A DNA stretch of 64,000 nt from Phaeosaccion multiseriatum (GCA_965112735.1 OZ218954.1:1116001-1180000); one strand, 5' to 3'; positions 1 through 13,190 are shown, numbered from the stretch's first letter. Translations and numbers: made by a program. The notes: generated by a model not told the origin, from the letters alone.

Positions 1-133
1 GAGGAATATCGACATATGGATAGAGGCATACGGACAGACACACAGACAGACAGACAGACAGACAGGACAGGACAGGAAAAGATAGATAGACGGAGAGATA
101 GAAAAGATATAGAGACAAACAGACAGATAGGAT

Positions 134-175
<42 letters not shown>

Positions 176-198
176 AGAAACAGAGAAACAAAAAGACA

Positions 199-236
<38 letters not shown>

Positions 237-371
237 ATATGAAGCGCACACAGACATACACACACATGAGAAGGACAGGAGGTGAGCACTTTGCCAACTT
301 TGTCTCTACTTCATTCAATGTTCATACTCATACGTAAGACACAAAAATATTACGTAACACGTTTTAAGTAC

Positions 372-2272
372 CTCGCTGGCAGGTCCGCTCCGACAGATTT
401 GGTCGATGAGGCGTCCGTGCTCCGTGACCAGACGGCTGTTCCAATACACTTGCGCAAAGTCAAACTTGAACACACAACCCCCCTCCTTCACCTGCGCACA
501 CACAGAGAGACACAGACACACGCACACACACACAGAGAACACACACACACACACAGGGGGACACAGACACAGACACAGGCACACACCCACACACACCCAC
601 ACACACCACACACACAGACACCCACACACACCACACACACAGACACCCACACACACCACACACGGGACAGGCAAGTATTTGTCAGTCACGATGTCACTGA
701 TACATGTTCCATCTTTCTGTGAACTGACACTCAAACTGGACCGGTCAAACTGCAACTGGAACTGACCGACCTGCACCACCGTGTCCACGGCTCCGGCGAG
801 CACCTCCATTGGGAAGGTGCGGAACTGATTATGGATCTCGCCCGTCTGGAGTGAGTGAGTGAGTGAGGGGGTGAGTGAGTGAGTGAGTGAGTGAGGGAGT
901 GAGTGAGGGAGTGAGTGAGTGCTTAGACAGTACCAGGCATGCTTCTGCCAGGAGTATCGTCCCTTCACCGCCGAACCGTACCTTGTTGACCACGGTCCTG
1001 ACACTCTTGTTCTTGTCCAGTACGACTTGGCCGATGAGGAACCGGTAGGGCAACAAGTGCTCCCTGCGGTAGGCAGGCATATGGGCAGGCATATGGGCAG
1101 AAATAAGAAGCTGCAAACTTCAAACCTACCTCTCCCAGTCTGTCACCCACGCCCACACGCACGCACACACACACACACCTGAGGTTCATGTGTGCAAGAT
1201 GACCGACGGTTTCGAAGGAGGTGATGATGTCCTGCTCCCCTTGAATGAGGGGCGTCAGCAGCTGCTTCAGCACCTCCTCTGTGGACCGATCTTCATAGCT
1301 CCTGGTGACAGTGAAGGTCGTCACTTCAGCCACACCTCCCCCCCCGCCCCCACCCTCTAGCTGCAGCCGAGTCCGGATGATTGCCTGGGCTTCCTCTGAG
1401 AGGCCCTCAAGGGAGACAGGGTCCACTCCTTCCTTGAGCAACAGTAGACGCATGTCCTCCTCTCCTTCCACCTTCTCTACGTTGCGACGTCTCGGCAAGC
1501 TCAGGAGCTCTTTCCTGAGCACCTTCATGAGCGCACTCGTTTCTCCCTTGGGGATCTTCAGAGCCGCCACTTGAATCGTTCGCGTGAACGCGGCCTTGTC
1601 TAGCACCGTCATAGAGGGGGTAGCAGCGAGGCTCTTGTTGTTGTTGTTGTCCACCGTGTTAGGAGTACCTCCTTCGTCAGCCCTTCCTCCCCCCCCTCCT
1701 TCTCCTTCTTCTCCTTTCCCTTCCTGCATGGCTGCTTGAGCTGCGGCTCCTGCTGATGACGGTAACGAGGACGACCAACCTCGGGTAGATGATGACGATA
1801 GTATCCCTGTCCTGGCGTTCACTAGGCTATATGCACCGCCCCCACTGCGCAGAGTTCGCGGCAGAGTAGCAGTGCCAAGTTGCTCAGCCCGGACGTTGCC
1901 TCTCCAGGTGTAGCCCAAGCTGATCCCTAGCCGGCACCACTCCCTCGGCGGCTGCTCTGGTCTTGCTCGCTTCCTGGCCCTTCGTGCTTGCGTCCACCTT
2001 CTTACAACGTCACCACCGCCGCCGCCGTCGCCACTGGTGTCGCTGCTACGGATGGCACTTCCCGTCCCGGTGCTTCTGCTGCTACTGCCCCCGGAGGCAA
2101 AGCAGCTGGTGCTCCTACCGCTACTGCTGACGACAAAGGCGGCTCGACCTCGATGAGACTGAGACGCCTCCAGTCCCAAGACGAAAGGCCTCAGATTTCC
2201 TAGGAGAAGAGCCGCGAATGGAAGCGAAATTCCGGAGGGGGCGCTGCGTAAAGGAGAGGGCGCAAAAGGCAT
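372..2272 (-). CDS. TRM5: tRNA (guanine-37-N1)-methyltransferase Trm5, 5' exons; no stop codon reached in the exons found, so the gene probably continues toward or past the left edge
   Basis: GT-AG exons 2272-1179, 1063-982, 845-771 and 491-372 join to give ...SFETVGHLAHMNLREHLLPYRFLIGQVVLDKNKSVRTVVNK-TGEIHNQFRTFPMEVLAG...VKEGGCVFKFDFAQVYWNSRLVTEHGRL, the conserved Trm5/Met-10+ motifs. Confidence 0.93.
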
Positions 2273-2509
2273 CTACATAAGAGAGACAGAGCTTGAGGGG
2301 GGGGGGGGGAGAGTGAGGAGGGAAATTACCAATCATCCACTGCCATCCTGCCCAATAGTAAAACTTGTTCTAACTGCCAGCGAATCGCGAATCTCTTCCT
2401 GATGCTCTGCTTATGACCATGAAGAGAATAAAAGAGCACATCTCCTAAAGGATATTAAGGAGAAGAAGCAGCGAGATCTGCAGTATTCGTCCGGAGGGGC
2501 GTCGTGATC
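2273..2509. promoter_or_regulatory. Putative short bidirectional promoter region
   Basis: The ATG of TRM5 (2272, -) and the ATG of the next gene (2510, +) diverge with only ~240 bp between them. No specific motif was identified. Confidence 0.4.
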
Positions 2510-5500
2510 ATGGCTGGGGAGGAGCAGGATGACCAAGACGCCTTGCCTTGCCAGGGCAAACTGGGCAACTACACTTTGCCCAAGATCTATCCCGGAAACA
2601 AGATACGCTGCCCCAACTGCGGCTGCTGGCACGGGTGCGAGGCTATCATCGACCTCTACCGCGACTGTCCTCGATGCTGCACAGGTGCGTGTCTCTACTA
2701 TCAGCCCATCAGCCACGTCGCTCTTTCTCACGTCGGTAGCGTCTCTCTCATTCCTCTCTCTAAGCTCTGCTCCCTGGAACGCGACAACACCGGTAGTAAG
2801 ACGCGTAGCCCGGACACGCTTCACTCACCAATAACGCACATGAGTGCGCAACATACAAGCAAAGCCGCCTTCCCATTTCTGCCTCTCTCCTCCCCCCACC
2901 CCACCCCTCCTCTCCTCTACTCTACTGTTTTCTCCTATCCTCTCTATGTGAACAACGGCTGAACGTCCCTACGTGCTGCTTGTGCTACAGTCCTAAAGTG
3001 GCCGAGCGAGTTCAAAGCTACCGACGTGCCTGAAGGTATTGGCCCTCTTCGCATCTTGGCCGCCTCCTGGGGCCACCGGCGCAACCCAGCCAAGGCCATT
3101 GATGTCAGAGCTGTAAGTACAGAGACAGTGCCCATCACGTAGTCAAAAGGGGCTGTCCTGTGTCTTGATTCCTCCTCCTCCTTCCTCCAGCTTTACCCAA
3201 AACCCTGTCAAAAGGGTTATCCCAAGTCTTGATTCCTCCTCCTCCTTCCTCCAGCTTGTTCGCCCCGGGCTTTGCAGAGCTTTCTTCCGAGCACATCACG
3301 CCACGCTGCCCCTCGAAAGATATAAGAGTGATCATAATGCATGATGACCTGATGATAAGACCGTTGTGATGATAATGCTTCCCCCCCCTCCACAGACGTT
3401 ACACGCGATGGTGGAGCAGTACCCTCAAAAGAACCGTCTCTTCGTCAACACCACACTCAATTTCAATACCTGGATGGGTGACCCATGGTGAGGAAACAGG
3501 AGAATAACCATACAACCAACATGCATACTCCTCTCCCTCGCCCTCCCACTGTCTTCTTTCTCCATCTCTTCGTCTTTCTCTCTCTCATTCTCTGTCCCCT
3601 CTCTTCTCTGTCTTCTCTCCTCTCTGCCCCCCCCCCCTCCCTCTCTCGTCGTCGCCACTTCTCCTCCCCCTCCCCTCCACATTGACCTTGCCTCGACCCT
3701 TCCTCTTGCTGCTCCTCACAACCAACCATTCAACCCCACAATCCTCCCCTACCTCCACCACCACCACCACCACTGCCCAGTCCTGGCGAGACCAAGATGC
3801 TTCGTATCCGCTACACCTTCCTCACCCCTCTCTTCACACGCTACGGCATGCAGGGCCTCGAGCTGTGGCAGAACGAGAACCCGTGAGTTTGAGTATGAGC
3901 TTGAGTGTTTTTCGGTCCTTCAAGACGTGCGAGTTTGAGTGAGGAGTTTTTGTAGTGGTTCTCTCCTTCGCTACCCCCCTCACCCTCACCCTCACCCTCT
4001 CCCTCTCCCTCACCCTGACCCTCACCCTCATCCTCTGCCTCGCCGGCACCCTCACCCTGACCCTGACCCACACCCTCTCCCTCACCCCCACCCTCACCCT
4101 ACCAGAGACAACCCCGGTTTCCTGGAGCAGCCTGTGGATTTCTGTGTGCCCGACTATCTCCCTCTCGTCATCATCTTCAAGGCCACTTACGGCAGCCCAG
4201 GGGGGTCGTATCGAGACAGGTGCTGAGCTTTACGTTAGGGGTGTTGCGTTTTGAATGTCTCTACGTTACGTTTACGTGTATATTGATGGGGTGTTTGTTC
4301 TGTATTGTCTCTATGTTAGGGGTTTTGTGTTGAGACAGGTGTCTGCTGTTCACTATCCCAGCTATACGCCTACACCCGCTACACTATATTGACCATACCC
4401 CACTCTTCCCTACTACACTAACTTTACCCTACCCTGTACCCTATACATTGCACTAGCTCTATCTGATACCCAAGTCCATCAACTACATCAGCTATACCCT
4501 ACACCCGCTACACTATATTGACCATACCCCACCCTACCCTACCACACACTCTACATCCTATACACTAAATTTACTATACCCTACACCCATGAAATGCACC
4601 AACTTTCCCTTGCCCTATCCTATACACTGCAGAGGGGTGTTTGACGTGACGGAGATGATGCGTGGGAGGGTGCATCGCCAAGGAAACAAATTCCTTGAGG
4701 TGAGTAAGTCAGTAAGTCAGTAAGTAAGCTGTACATGTTGTGGTTGGAGAGGGACGGGGCAGGTTGGATCGCCAGGAAACAACTTCCTGGAAGTTCGTAT
4801 GGATGTCGATGCTATACTGTTCTACATCCTGCATCGATGCCTTCGATGGACCTCGACATCCTGGATCGATACCTTCGACGAACCCATCTGAGGCCATGTG
4901 CTCTACTTGCCCTTGTTTGGTCGTCCTGACACCTCTGACTTTCTCTCTCTCTCTCTGGACCAGCCCTGACTCCACTCCCTCCCTCCCTCCCTCCCTCCCT
5001 CCCTCCCTCCCTCCCTCCCTCCCTCCCTCCCTCCCTCCCTCCCTCCCTCCCTCCCTCCCTCCCTCCCTCCCTCCCTCCCTCCCTCCCTCCCTCCCTCCCT
5101 CCCTCCCTCCCTCTCCACCCCCCCCCCCCCCACCAAAGGTGTCCCACAAAGAGAATCTGACCGAGCTTCTTGGCGACCCCTGTCCAGGCAAAGTCAAGGC
5201 CCTCATTGTCAGCTACGAGGTCCTTGGGACTGAGGTGAGTGAGTGAGTGAGTGAGTGAGTGAGTGAGCAAGTTTGGGTGAGTGAGTGACTGAGTGAGTAT
5301 GTGTGAATGAGTGAGTGAGTGGGTGAGTGAGTGAGTGAGGGAGGGAGGGAGTTACTTAGCGAGGGAGGGAGCGAGGAAGTACGGGACTGACGGAGTAAGT
5401 TATTGAGTGCGTGAGCGAGAGAGTCGGAGAGTGCGTGAGTGACTACGAGAGTGAGTAAAATGCAGAGAGTGTGTCTGTTTTCCTCACCGATGGCGTGTTG

Positions 5501-8500
5501 CTGTTGGTGATACAGGGCTCAGCGATGGCAATGGAGTGTGACGATCGGCTCATGCACCCTCTGAGTGTGAGCAGCACACCCCTCTTGGCCCCTCTGCTGC
5601 TCGTCATCAAAGCTACATATGGGCAGGTACGGCGGGGAAGGCAGGGAGGGAGGGAGGCAGGGAGGGAGGAGGAAGGGAGGGACGGACGGACGGAGGGACG
5701 GAGGGACGGAGAGAGGGAGGGAGGGAGAGAGGGAGGGAGGGAGGGGAGGAAGGGCAGGGGTAGAAGGAAGGATGGAGGCAGGCACATTAGGCTCCAGCCT
5801 GCTGCGCTTTCTCTGTCATTTATTTGAGTTTTTCTCCCGCCCCATCCACTGCCATCCACTGTTATCACCTGCCATCCCCCGCCATCCCCCGCCATCCCCT
5901 CTCCATCCACTGCCATCCCCTCATCCTCCCCACTTACCATCCTTCTCTCCCCTCTCCATCCACTGCCATCCCCTCACCCTCCCCACTTACCATCCTCCTC
6001 TCCCCTCTCCATCCACTGCCATCCCCTTATCCTCCCCACTTACCATCATCCTCTCCCCTCTCCATCCACTGCCATCCCCTCATCCTCCCCACTTACCATC
6101 ATCCTCTCCCCTCTCCATCCACTGCCATCCCCTCATCCTCCCCCCACCAACTCGACCCCGCCCCCCATCACCCCCCAGACGGAGGAGGGCATTCAGCAGC
6201 GACTGGAGTACGTGCAGCAACAGCTCATGACCATCATGGCGCTGGAGGATCGAAAGAGCTCGGGACTGCCAGTCACGGCAAAGGAGAGCAGGAAGTGCAT
6301 GGACCTCGAGCCGGTGAGGGGGAGAGGGGGGTATTGTGACATACGGAAGCAGGAATGTTCCGTTGAGAATCGAGGTGTGTGTGGGGGGGGGGCAGAGGCA
6401 GGCATATGGGCAGACAGGCGTATTGGGCAGAGACAGAGACAGACAGGCAGACAGACGATGGCTCATGTTTGTCCTTGTGACCCGATGTCGTCAACCTACC
6501 TTCCTCTTCCCCCCCCCCCTCCCCCCTTTCCATCCACTGCCATCCTTCCGCCGCCATCCATCCCCTGCCATCCATGCATCCACTGCCATCCCATCCTCTC
6601 CTATCAGCTAATCGAGGAGCTGGAGCAGCTTCAGTCGCTTGAAGTGCGTTTCACAGACGTTACAGAAGCCGTGCAGAGACACGTGGAGCACATAGGAGGG
6701 GGTGCTTTGGAGTACCTCGCGGATCAGGTTAGTGAGCATTACAGCCTTCCTTACCATACCCATTACATACCAATCGGATGTACATGTGTTTGGACTTTCG
6801 ATACGTGAACAAAATTACGTTAATTGTATGTGTGTGTGCGTGCGTGCGTGCGTGCGCACACATACCACACGACGGGGCGAAAAGTTAGGGGGGAAAGAGG
6901 TAGGGTTGGAGGGAAGGGGGGAGGTAGAGGAGTGGCGGTTACCTTTCAGAGAGTGGAGGTTACCTTTCAGAGAGTGGGGGTTGCCTTTCAGAGGGTGGGG
7001 GTTGCCTTTCGGAGGTGGAAGGGGTTGCCTTTGAGGTGTTGGGGAAGGAGGGGGGGGGGTAGGAGGGTCATGTTGGTACAACCTTGTCACCCCTAATGAG
7101 GAACAACACAAGGGCAGAGTGGTGGCGGAGTGGGGCCCCAAGTGTACGCACTTGTAATCACTTGTAATCACTTTTTTAAGTAAGCTGCTGGGATCGTATC
7201 ACACCCTTACTTTGTTCGTTGGTGGCTTCCCATGCACTCCCATCTCCCTCCCTCCCTCCCTCCCTCCCTCCCTCCCTCCCTCCCTCCCTCCCTCCCTCCC
7301 TCCCTCCCTCCCTCCCTCCCTCCCTCCCTCCCTCCCTCCCTCCCCCTCCCTCCCCCTCCCTCCCCCTCCCAGGAGGATTTAAATCGGCGGTTCGGAAACC
7401 CTTATCCCGGGACGAGGAAGGAGTTTCGAATTGAGTATCTGGTGAGTGATTGAGGAAGTGGATGAGTCAGTGGGTGGGTCAGAGAGTGAGTGAGTGCGTG
7501 GGTGGATGAGTGAGTGCGTGAGTTAGTGAATGATTGAGTGAGTGAGTGAGTGAGTGAGAATGCCGCAGACGGCATTTGAAACTCAAATTCGGAAGTGGCC
7601 TTCCCATCACCTGAAACTCAAACCTCGAGCTGAATCTCCACTTGGGCTGCAGATCGTGGGCCATGACAGCGAGCGATTGACGTCATCTGACGAGACAACG
7701 CGGACAGGCTATCAGAGGAACTACATCCTGCAGAAGAAGGGAAGGAAGGAGGTGCAGGTGCGTGCGTCTGTGTGTGCGTGTGGGGTTGGGTGTTGTTGTG
7801 TGTATGTGTGTGTGCGTGTGTGTTTGTGTGTATGTGTGTGTATGTGTGCGTGTGTTTGTTTGTGTGCATGTGAGTGTGTGACAGAGAGTGCGAGTATGTG
7901 TTTGTGTGTGTGTGTGTGAGAGAGAGAGGGCGAGTTTGTGTGTGCGTGTGTGTGTGTGTGAGAGAGAGTGAGTATGTGTGTGTGTGAGAGAGTGTGAGTA
8001 TGTGTGTGTGAGAGAGAGTGTGAGTATGTGTGTGTGAGAGAGAGAGTGTGAGTATGTGTGTGTGAGAGAGAGAGTGAGAGTATGTGTGTGTGAGAGAGAG
8101 AGTGTGAGTATGTGTGTGTGTGTGTGTGTGTGGGGGGGGGGGGGGGTTGCGTGACATCCTGCAGAAGAATGGCAGGAAGGAAGGCAGTGGGGTGCGTGTG
8201 CATGCATGTGCCTCTTTTCCTCTCATCCTCCCGCCCTCCCTCCCTCCCTCCCTCCCTCCCTCCCTCCCTCCCTCCCTCCCTGGCGTCTCTGCAGGTGAGG
8301 GATGTGCACGGCAGAGGAGTCATGGAAGAAGACATCCGAGAAGCGGGACCGAAAGTGCTGCAGGTGGGTGATGTCAATGAATGGGTGGGTGGGTAGTAAG
8401 TCAATGTGTGGGTTTGTAGCAAGTCAATGGATGGGTGGGTGGGAAGTGAGTCAATGGATAGGTGGGTGTAGATGTAAAGGAGTGGGTGGGTGGGTAGGTG

Positions 8501-11500
8501 GGGGCATGAGTGGCCAGTGAGTCAGCCTCTGAGTGGGTGAGTGAAAGTGAGTGAGGGAGTGTCTGAGCGAGTGGGAGTGAGTGAGAGTGAGTGAGAGTGA
8601 GTGAGAGTGAGTGAGAGTGAGAAAGAGTGAGTAAGAGTGAGTGAGTGAGTGAGTGAGATGGAGTGTGTGAGTGAGTGAGAGAGATGGAGTGTGAGTGAGT
8701 GGGAGTGAGTGAGTGAGAGTAAGAGTGAGTGAGTGAGTGAGGGAGAGGGAGTGAGTGAGCGAGTGAGTGAGTGAGTGAGGGAGTGAGTGACTGAGTGACT
8801 GACTGACTGACTGACTGACCGACTGACTGAGTGATTTAGTGGTGAGTGACTACTACGTTCATGAGTGACTCGTACCGTCCTGCACCTCACACCCGTATCA
8901 CCAACTGCTGCACCATCCACCCATTCGTCCTCAGGTGATCGAGGTTCTCTCTGCATCCTACGGCCACCCCACCAATGCTCGCAAGACCTTCGACGTGTCT
9001 AACCAGCTGAGGCACATCATCGACGAGCAGGGAGGAGACAGCCTCACCATCACCACAGAGGACGACCTCAAACGCATATTCAAGGACCCCTGCAGGTAGG
9101 CATATGGGCATACGGAAAGGCGTAGGGGCAGGCAGATACCCCTGACCCCTCCTTCCCTTCCGTCCCCTCCCCCTCCCCTCCCCTCCCCTCCCCGCCCCCT
9201 TCCCTCCCCTCCCCTCCCCTCCCCTCCCCTCCCCTCCCCTCCCCTCCCCTCCCCTCCCCTCCCCTCCCCTCCCCTCCCCTCCCCTCCCCTCCCCTCCCCT
9301 CCCCTCCCCTCCCCTCCCCTCCCCTCCCCTCCCCTCCCCTCCCCTCCCCTCCCCTCCCCTCCCCTCCCCTCCCCTCCCCTCCCCTCCCCTCCCCTCCCCT
9401 CCCGTCCCGTCCCCTTCGCCTCTCCCCTCCCCATCCACTGCCATCCCCACTTCCACCCAGGGGGGTGCGTAAGCGCCTTCTCCTCAAATACGTGGCGCGT
9501 GGTCTCAATGGCAACCTGCGTGTGGACGAGAGGGACGGATACCTGATATCGGATGTGCTCATTGGCTACGTCGACAAGGCGAGGTTCTTGGGAGGAGCGA
9601 GAAGAGTAGGAGGTGGTGGTGGGGGGCGAAGGAAGGATGGTAGCCTAGGGAAGAAAGAGAAGGACGCCAAAGCGGAGGAGGAAGAGAAGGAGAGAAGGAG
9701 CGGAAAGGTACAGGTGAGAGTGAGTGAGTGAGTGAGTGAGTGAGGGAGTGAGTGAGGGAATCAGGGAGTGAGTGAGTGAGTGAGTGAGTGAGAGAGTGAG
9801 TAAGTGTGTGGGGGAGGGAGAGAGTGAGTGAGTGGGGGAGGGAGTGAGTAAGTGAGGGAGGGAGTGAGGGAGTGAGTGAGGGAGTGAGGGAGTGAGTGAG
9901 TGAGTGAGGGAGGGAGGGAGTGCGTGAGCAAATGAGTGAGTGAGCGAGTGAGGGAGTGAGTTGGTGAGTGAGGGAGTGAGTGGGTGAGTGAGGGAGTGAG
10001 TGGGTGAGTGAGGGAGTGAGTGGGTGAGTGAGGGAGAGTGACTGAGTGATTGAGTGAGTGCGTTAGTTTGTGAGGGAGTGGGTGAGTGAGTGAAGGAGTG
10101 TGGGTAAGGGGGTGAGTGAGTGAGTGAGTGAGTGGGTGAGTGAGGGAGTGAGTGGGTGAGTGAGGGAGAGTGAGTGAGTGATTGAGTGAGTGCGTTAGTT
10201 GTGAGGGAGTGGGTGAGTGAGTGAAGGAGTGTGGGTAAGGGGGTAAGGGAGTGAGTGAGTGAGTGAGTGAGTGAGGGAGGGAGTGAGGGAGTGAGGGAGG
10301 GAGTGAGTGAGTGAAGGAGTGTGGGTAAGGGGGTGAGTGAGTGGGTGAGTGAGTGAGTGAGTGAGTGAGTGAGTGAGTGAGTGAGTGACTGAGGGAGTGA
10401 GTGAGTGAGGGAGGGAGTGAGTGAGTAAGTGAGTGGGTGAGTGAGGGAGTGAGTGGGTGAGTGAGGGAGTGAGTGGGTGAGTGAGGGAGTGAGTGGGTGA
10501 GTGAGGGAGAGTGAGTGAGTGAGTGAGTGAGTGCGTTAGTTTTATGAGGGAGTGGGTGAGTGAGTGAAGGAGTGTGGGTAAGGGAGTGAGTGGGTGAGTG
10601 AGTGAGTGAGTGAGTGAGTGAGTGAGTGAGCGAGGGAGGGAGTGAGGGAGTGAGGGAGGGAGTGAGTGAATGAAGGAGTGTGGGTAAGGGGGTGAGTGGG
10701 CGAGTGAGTGAGTGAGTGAGTGAGTGAGCGAGTGAGCGAGGGAGGGAGGGAGGGAGTAAGTGAGTGAGTGAGTTAGTGAGTGAGTGAGTGAGTGAGTGAG
10801 TGAGTGAGCGAGCGAGGGAGCGAGGGAGCGAGGGAGGGAGTGAAAGAGGGTTTCTGAGAGGGAGTGAGCGCGGAGGGAGGGAGAGGAGAAGGAGGGGGGT
10901 GGGGGCTGGGCTTGGAGTGGTGAAGTGAAGGAAACATGCTGCGAAGATGTGTGTGCTCCCATGCCCCCTTTGGGCCTAGCAGACTGGTCACTGGGTCAGA
11001 TCGACTGGTCATCTCCTCCACTCAAGTAGTGCTGAAGTAGCGATCCAGCAGGAGGGTGCCACTAAAACACAGGAGCTTTCTGTGCTTGATGTCTTCTTTC
11101 GTAACACCCCCCCCCCCAATCGCAAACAAACGTGTTGGTCATACACCGTAGCGTCAGCAGCATGAGCCGGCGTCGCCAGCAGAGGGTCGAGGCCGGCACC
11201 GCAGCAGCAGTAGCGGGGAGGAGAAGCAGCAGCAGCAGCAACAGCAGGAGGAGGAGGCGGAGGAGGAGGAGGAGGAGGCGGAGGAGGATAAGAAGGAGGA
11301 GGAGGAGGAGGAGGAGGAGGATGATGATGGCAGCGAGGGCCAGGTTGACGCGCACGCCCTGGCCAAGGCCAGAGAGGCAATGTGAGTGCCAGTTTTCCAG
11401 AATTTTTATATTCACCCTACCCATCTACTGCCATCTAGTGCCATCTAGAGAGAAAAGTAGTAGACCGTCTAGTACCATCTAGTAAGGAGGAGGACTATCT

Positions 11501-12384
11501 ACTAATGCTGTTTGAGGAGGACTATCTACGAATACTGTTTGACCCCCCCCCCTTCTCTCTCCCATCGCTTCGCTTCGCTGCACACCTTGCCTCCTCTTAA
11601 CGTTGCATGACTTCATGTATGAATGAATATACCACGGAATATACCACGGAACAAACCACGGAATGTCTCTACACTCACAGGAGACGCAAAGAGCGTGGGG
11701 GTAAGGCGCTGTCCGCAGTGGGGCCCTCCAGGAAGAAAGAGAAGAGCAAGGTCGCCTTCACTAGCAGGAAGAAGAAGGAGAAGAAGGATGAGGAGGAGGA
11801 GGAGGAGGAGGAGGAGGAGGAGGAGGAGGAGGGGGGGGGAGGGGGGTGAGAAGCAGCAGAAGCACGGAGAGGAGCCAGGGGGCGAGGAGGGAGGAGAAGG
11901 AGGAGGAGGAGGAGGAGGAGGAGGAGGAGGAGGAGGAAGAGGAGGAGGAGGAGGAGGAGGAGGAGGAGGAGGAGAAGGAGGAGGAGGAGGAGGAGGAGGG
12001 GGAGGAGGAGGAGGAGAAGGAGGAGGAGGAGGAGGAGGAGGAGAAGGAGGAGGAGGAGGAGGAGGAGGAGGAGGAGGAGGAGGAGGAGGAGGAGGAGGAG
12101 GAGGAGGAGGAGGAGGAGGAGGAGGAGGAGGGGGGGGGGGAAGAGAAGGGGGCTTGGGCCACGACCAGGAGCGGCGGAAAGCATCCTCCTTCGGCATCTC
12201 GGCACTCTTTCTTGGAGGCGCGGCGGCTTTGGGCAAGCGGGGAACGCAGAAGACACAGATATCATCTTCCAAGTCAAAGGAGGGAGGAGATGAGAACAAG
12301 GAGACGAAGAAGGAGAAGAAGAAGCGGCAGCAGCAAGAGGAGGAGGAGGAGGAGAAGAAGAAGGGGTCTGGGGGAGGAGGCTGA
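2510..12384 (+). CDS. Multi-exon protein with an N-terminal CxxC..CxxC Zn-ribbon, four tandem DUF3395/SUEL-lectin-like beta domains and an acidic/Lys-rich tail
   Basis: Exon 1 encodes RCPNCGCWHGC..DCPRC. Later exons give four repeats of the pattern (I/L)xxAxYG...DV...(G/K)DPC.G..KxLx(I/V)xY: ILAASWG..DV..GDPCPGETKMLRIRY; IFKATYG..DVT..GDPCPGKVKALIVSY; VIKATYG..DVT..GNPYPGTRKEFRIEY; VLSASYG..DVS..KDPCRGVRKRLLLKY. Exons at ~11140-11381 and 11680-12384 encode the poly-E/K tail, with a frame slip in G runs that is probably an assembly error. Confidence 0.72.
5843..6140 (+). repeat. Intronic minisatellite (~54-bp unit containing CCATCCACTGCCATCC)
   Basis: About 5 diverged tandem copies are directly visible. 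Confidence 0.8.
9715..10830 (+). repeat. Intronic (GAGT)n/(GAGG)n compound microsatellite with higher-order repeats
   Basis: About 1.1 kb of GTGA/GGGA tetramers starting at the GTGAGA donor. Confidence 0.9.
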
Positions 12385-12572
12385 TTCATTCTTAATAGAC
12401 TTGTTTCACTGGGCTGCCGCGGTTAGTGTGGACTACCATAAACTTTAAATATATAGAATCCCCTCCATCCCCCCATTACATTATTGTTCGTACCGTGAGG
12501 AAGGAACAGAAAGCAACAAACAAACAAACCCAAAGCTTGAACCGCCCAAGCAGTGCCGAGGTGGGACGGGAG

Positions 12573-13190
12573 AGACCTCTAGATAGACCTCTTGATAGAC
12601 CTCTAGATAGACCTCTAGATAGACCTCTAGATAGACCTCTAGATAGACCGCTACATAGACCTCTAGATAGACCTCTAGATAGACCTCTAGATAGACCTCT
12701 AGATGGACCTCTAGATAGACCTCTAGATAGACCTCTCTAGATAGATCTCTAGATGGACCTCTAGATGGACCTCTAGATGGACCTCTAGATAGACCTCCTG
12801 ATAGACCTCTAGATAGACCTCTAGATGGACCTCTAGATAGACCTCTTGATAGACCTCTAGATGGACCTCTAGATGGACCTCTAGATGGACCTCTAGATAG
12901 ACCTCTAGATAGACCTCTAGATGGACCTCTAGATAGACCTCTACATAGACCTCTAGATGCACCTCTAGATAGTCCTCTAGATAGACCTCTAGATGGACCT
13001 CTAGATGGACCTCTAGATAGATCTCTAGATAGACCTCTAGATGGACCTCTAGATGGACCTCTAGATAGACCTCTTGATAGACCTCTAGATGGACCTCTAG
13101 ATGGACCTCTAGATCTCTAGATAGACCTCTAGATAGACCTCTAGATGGACCTCTAGATGGACCTCTAGATAGACCTCTAGATCTCTAGAT
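12573..13190. repeat. 12-bp tandem satellite (AGACCTCTAGAT)n, ~50 copies
   Basis: Direct reading. Variants include GGACC/AGACC, TCTTGA and TCTACA. It lies between two convergent genes. Confidence 0.95.
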
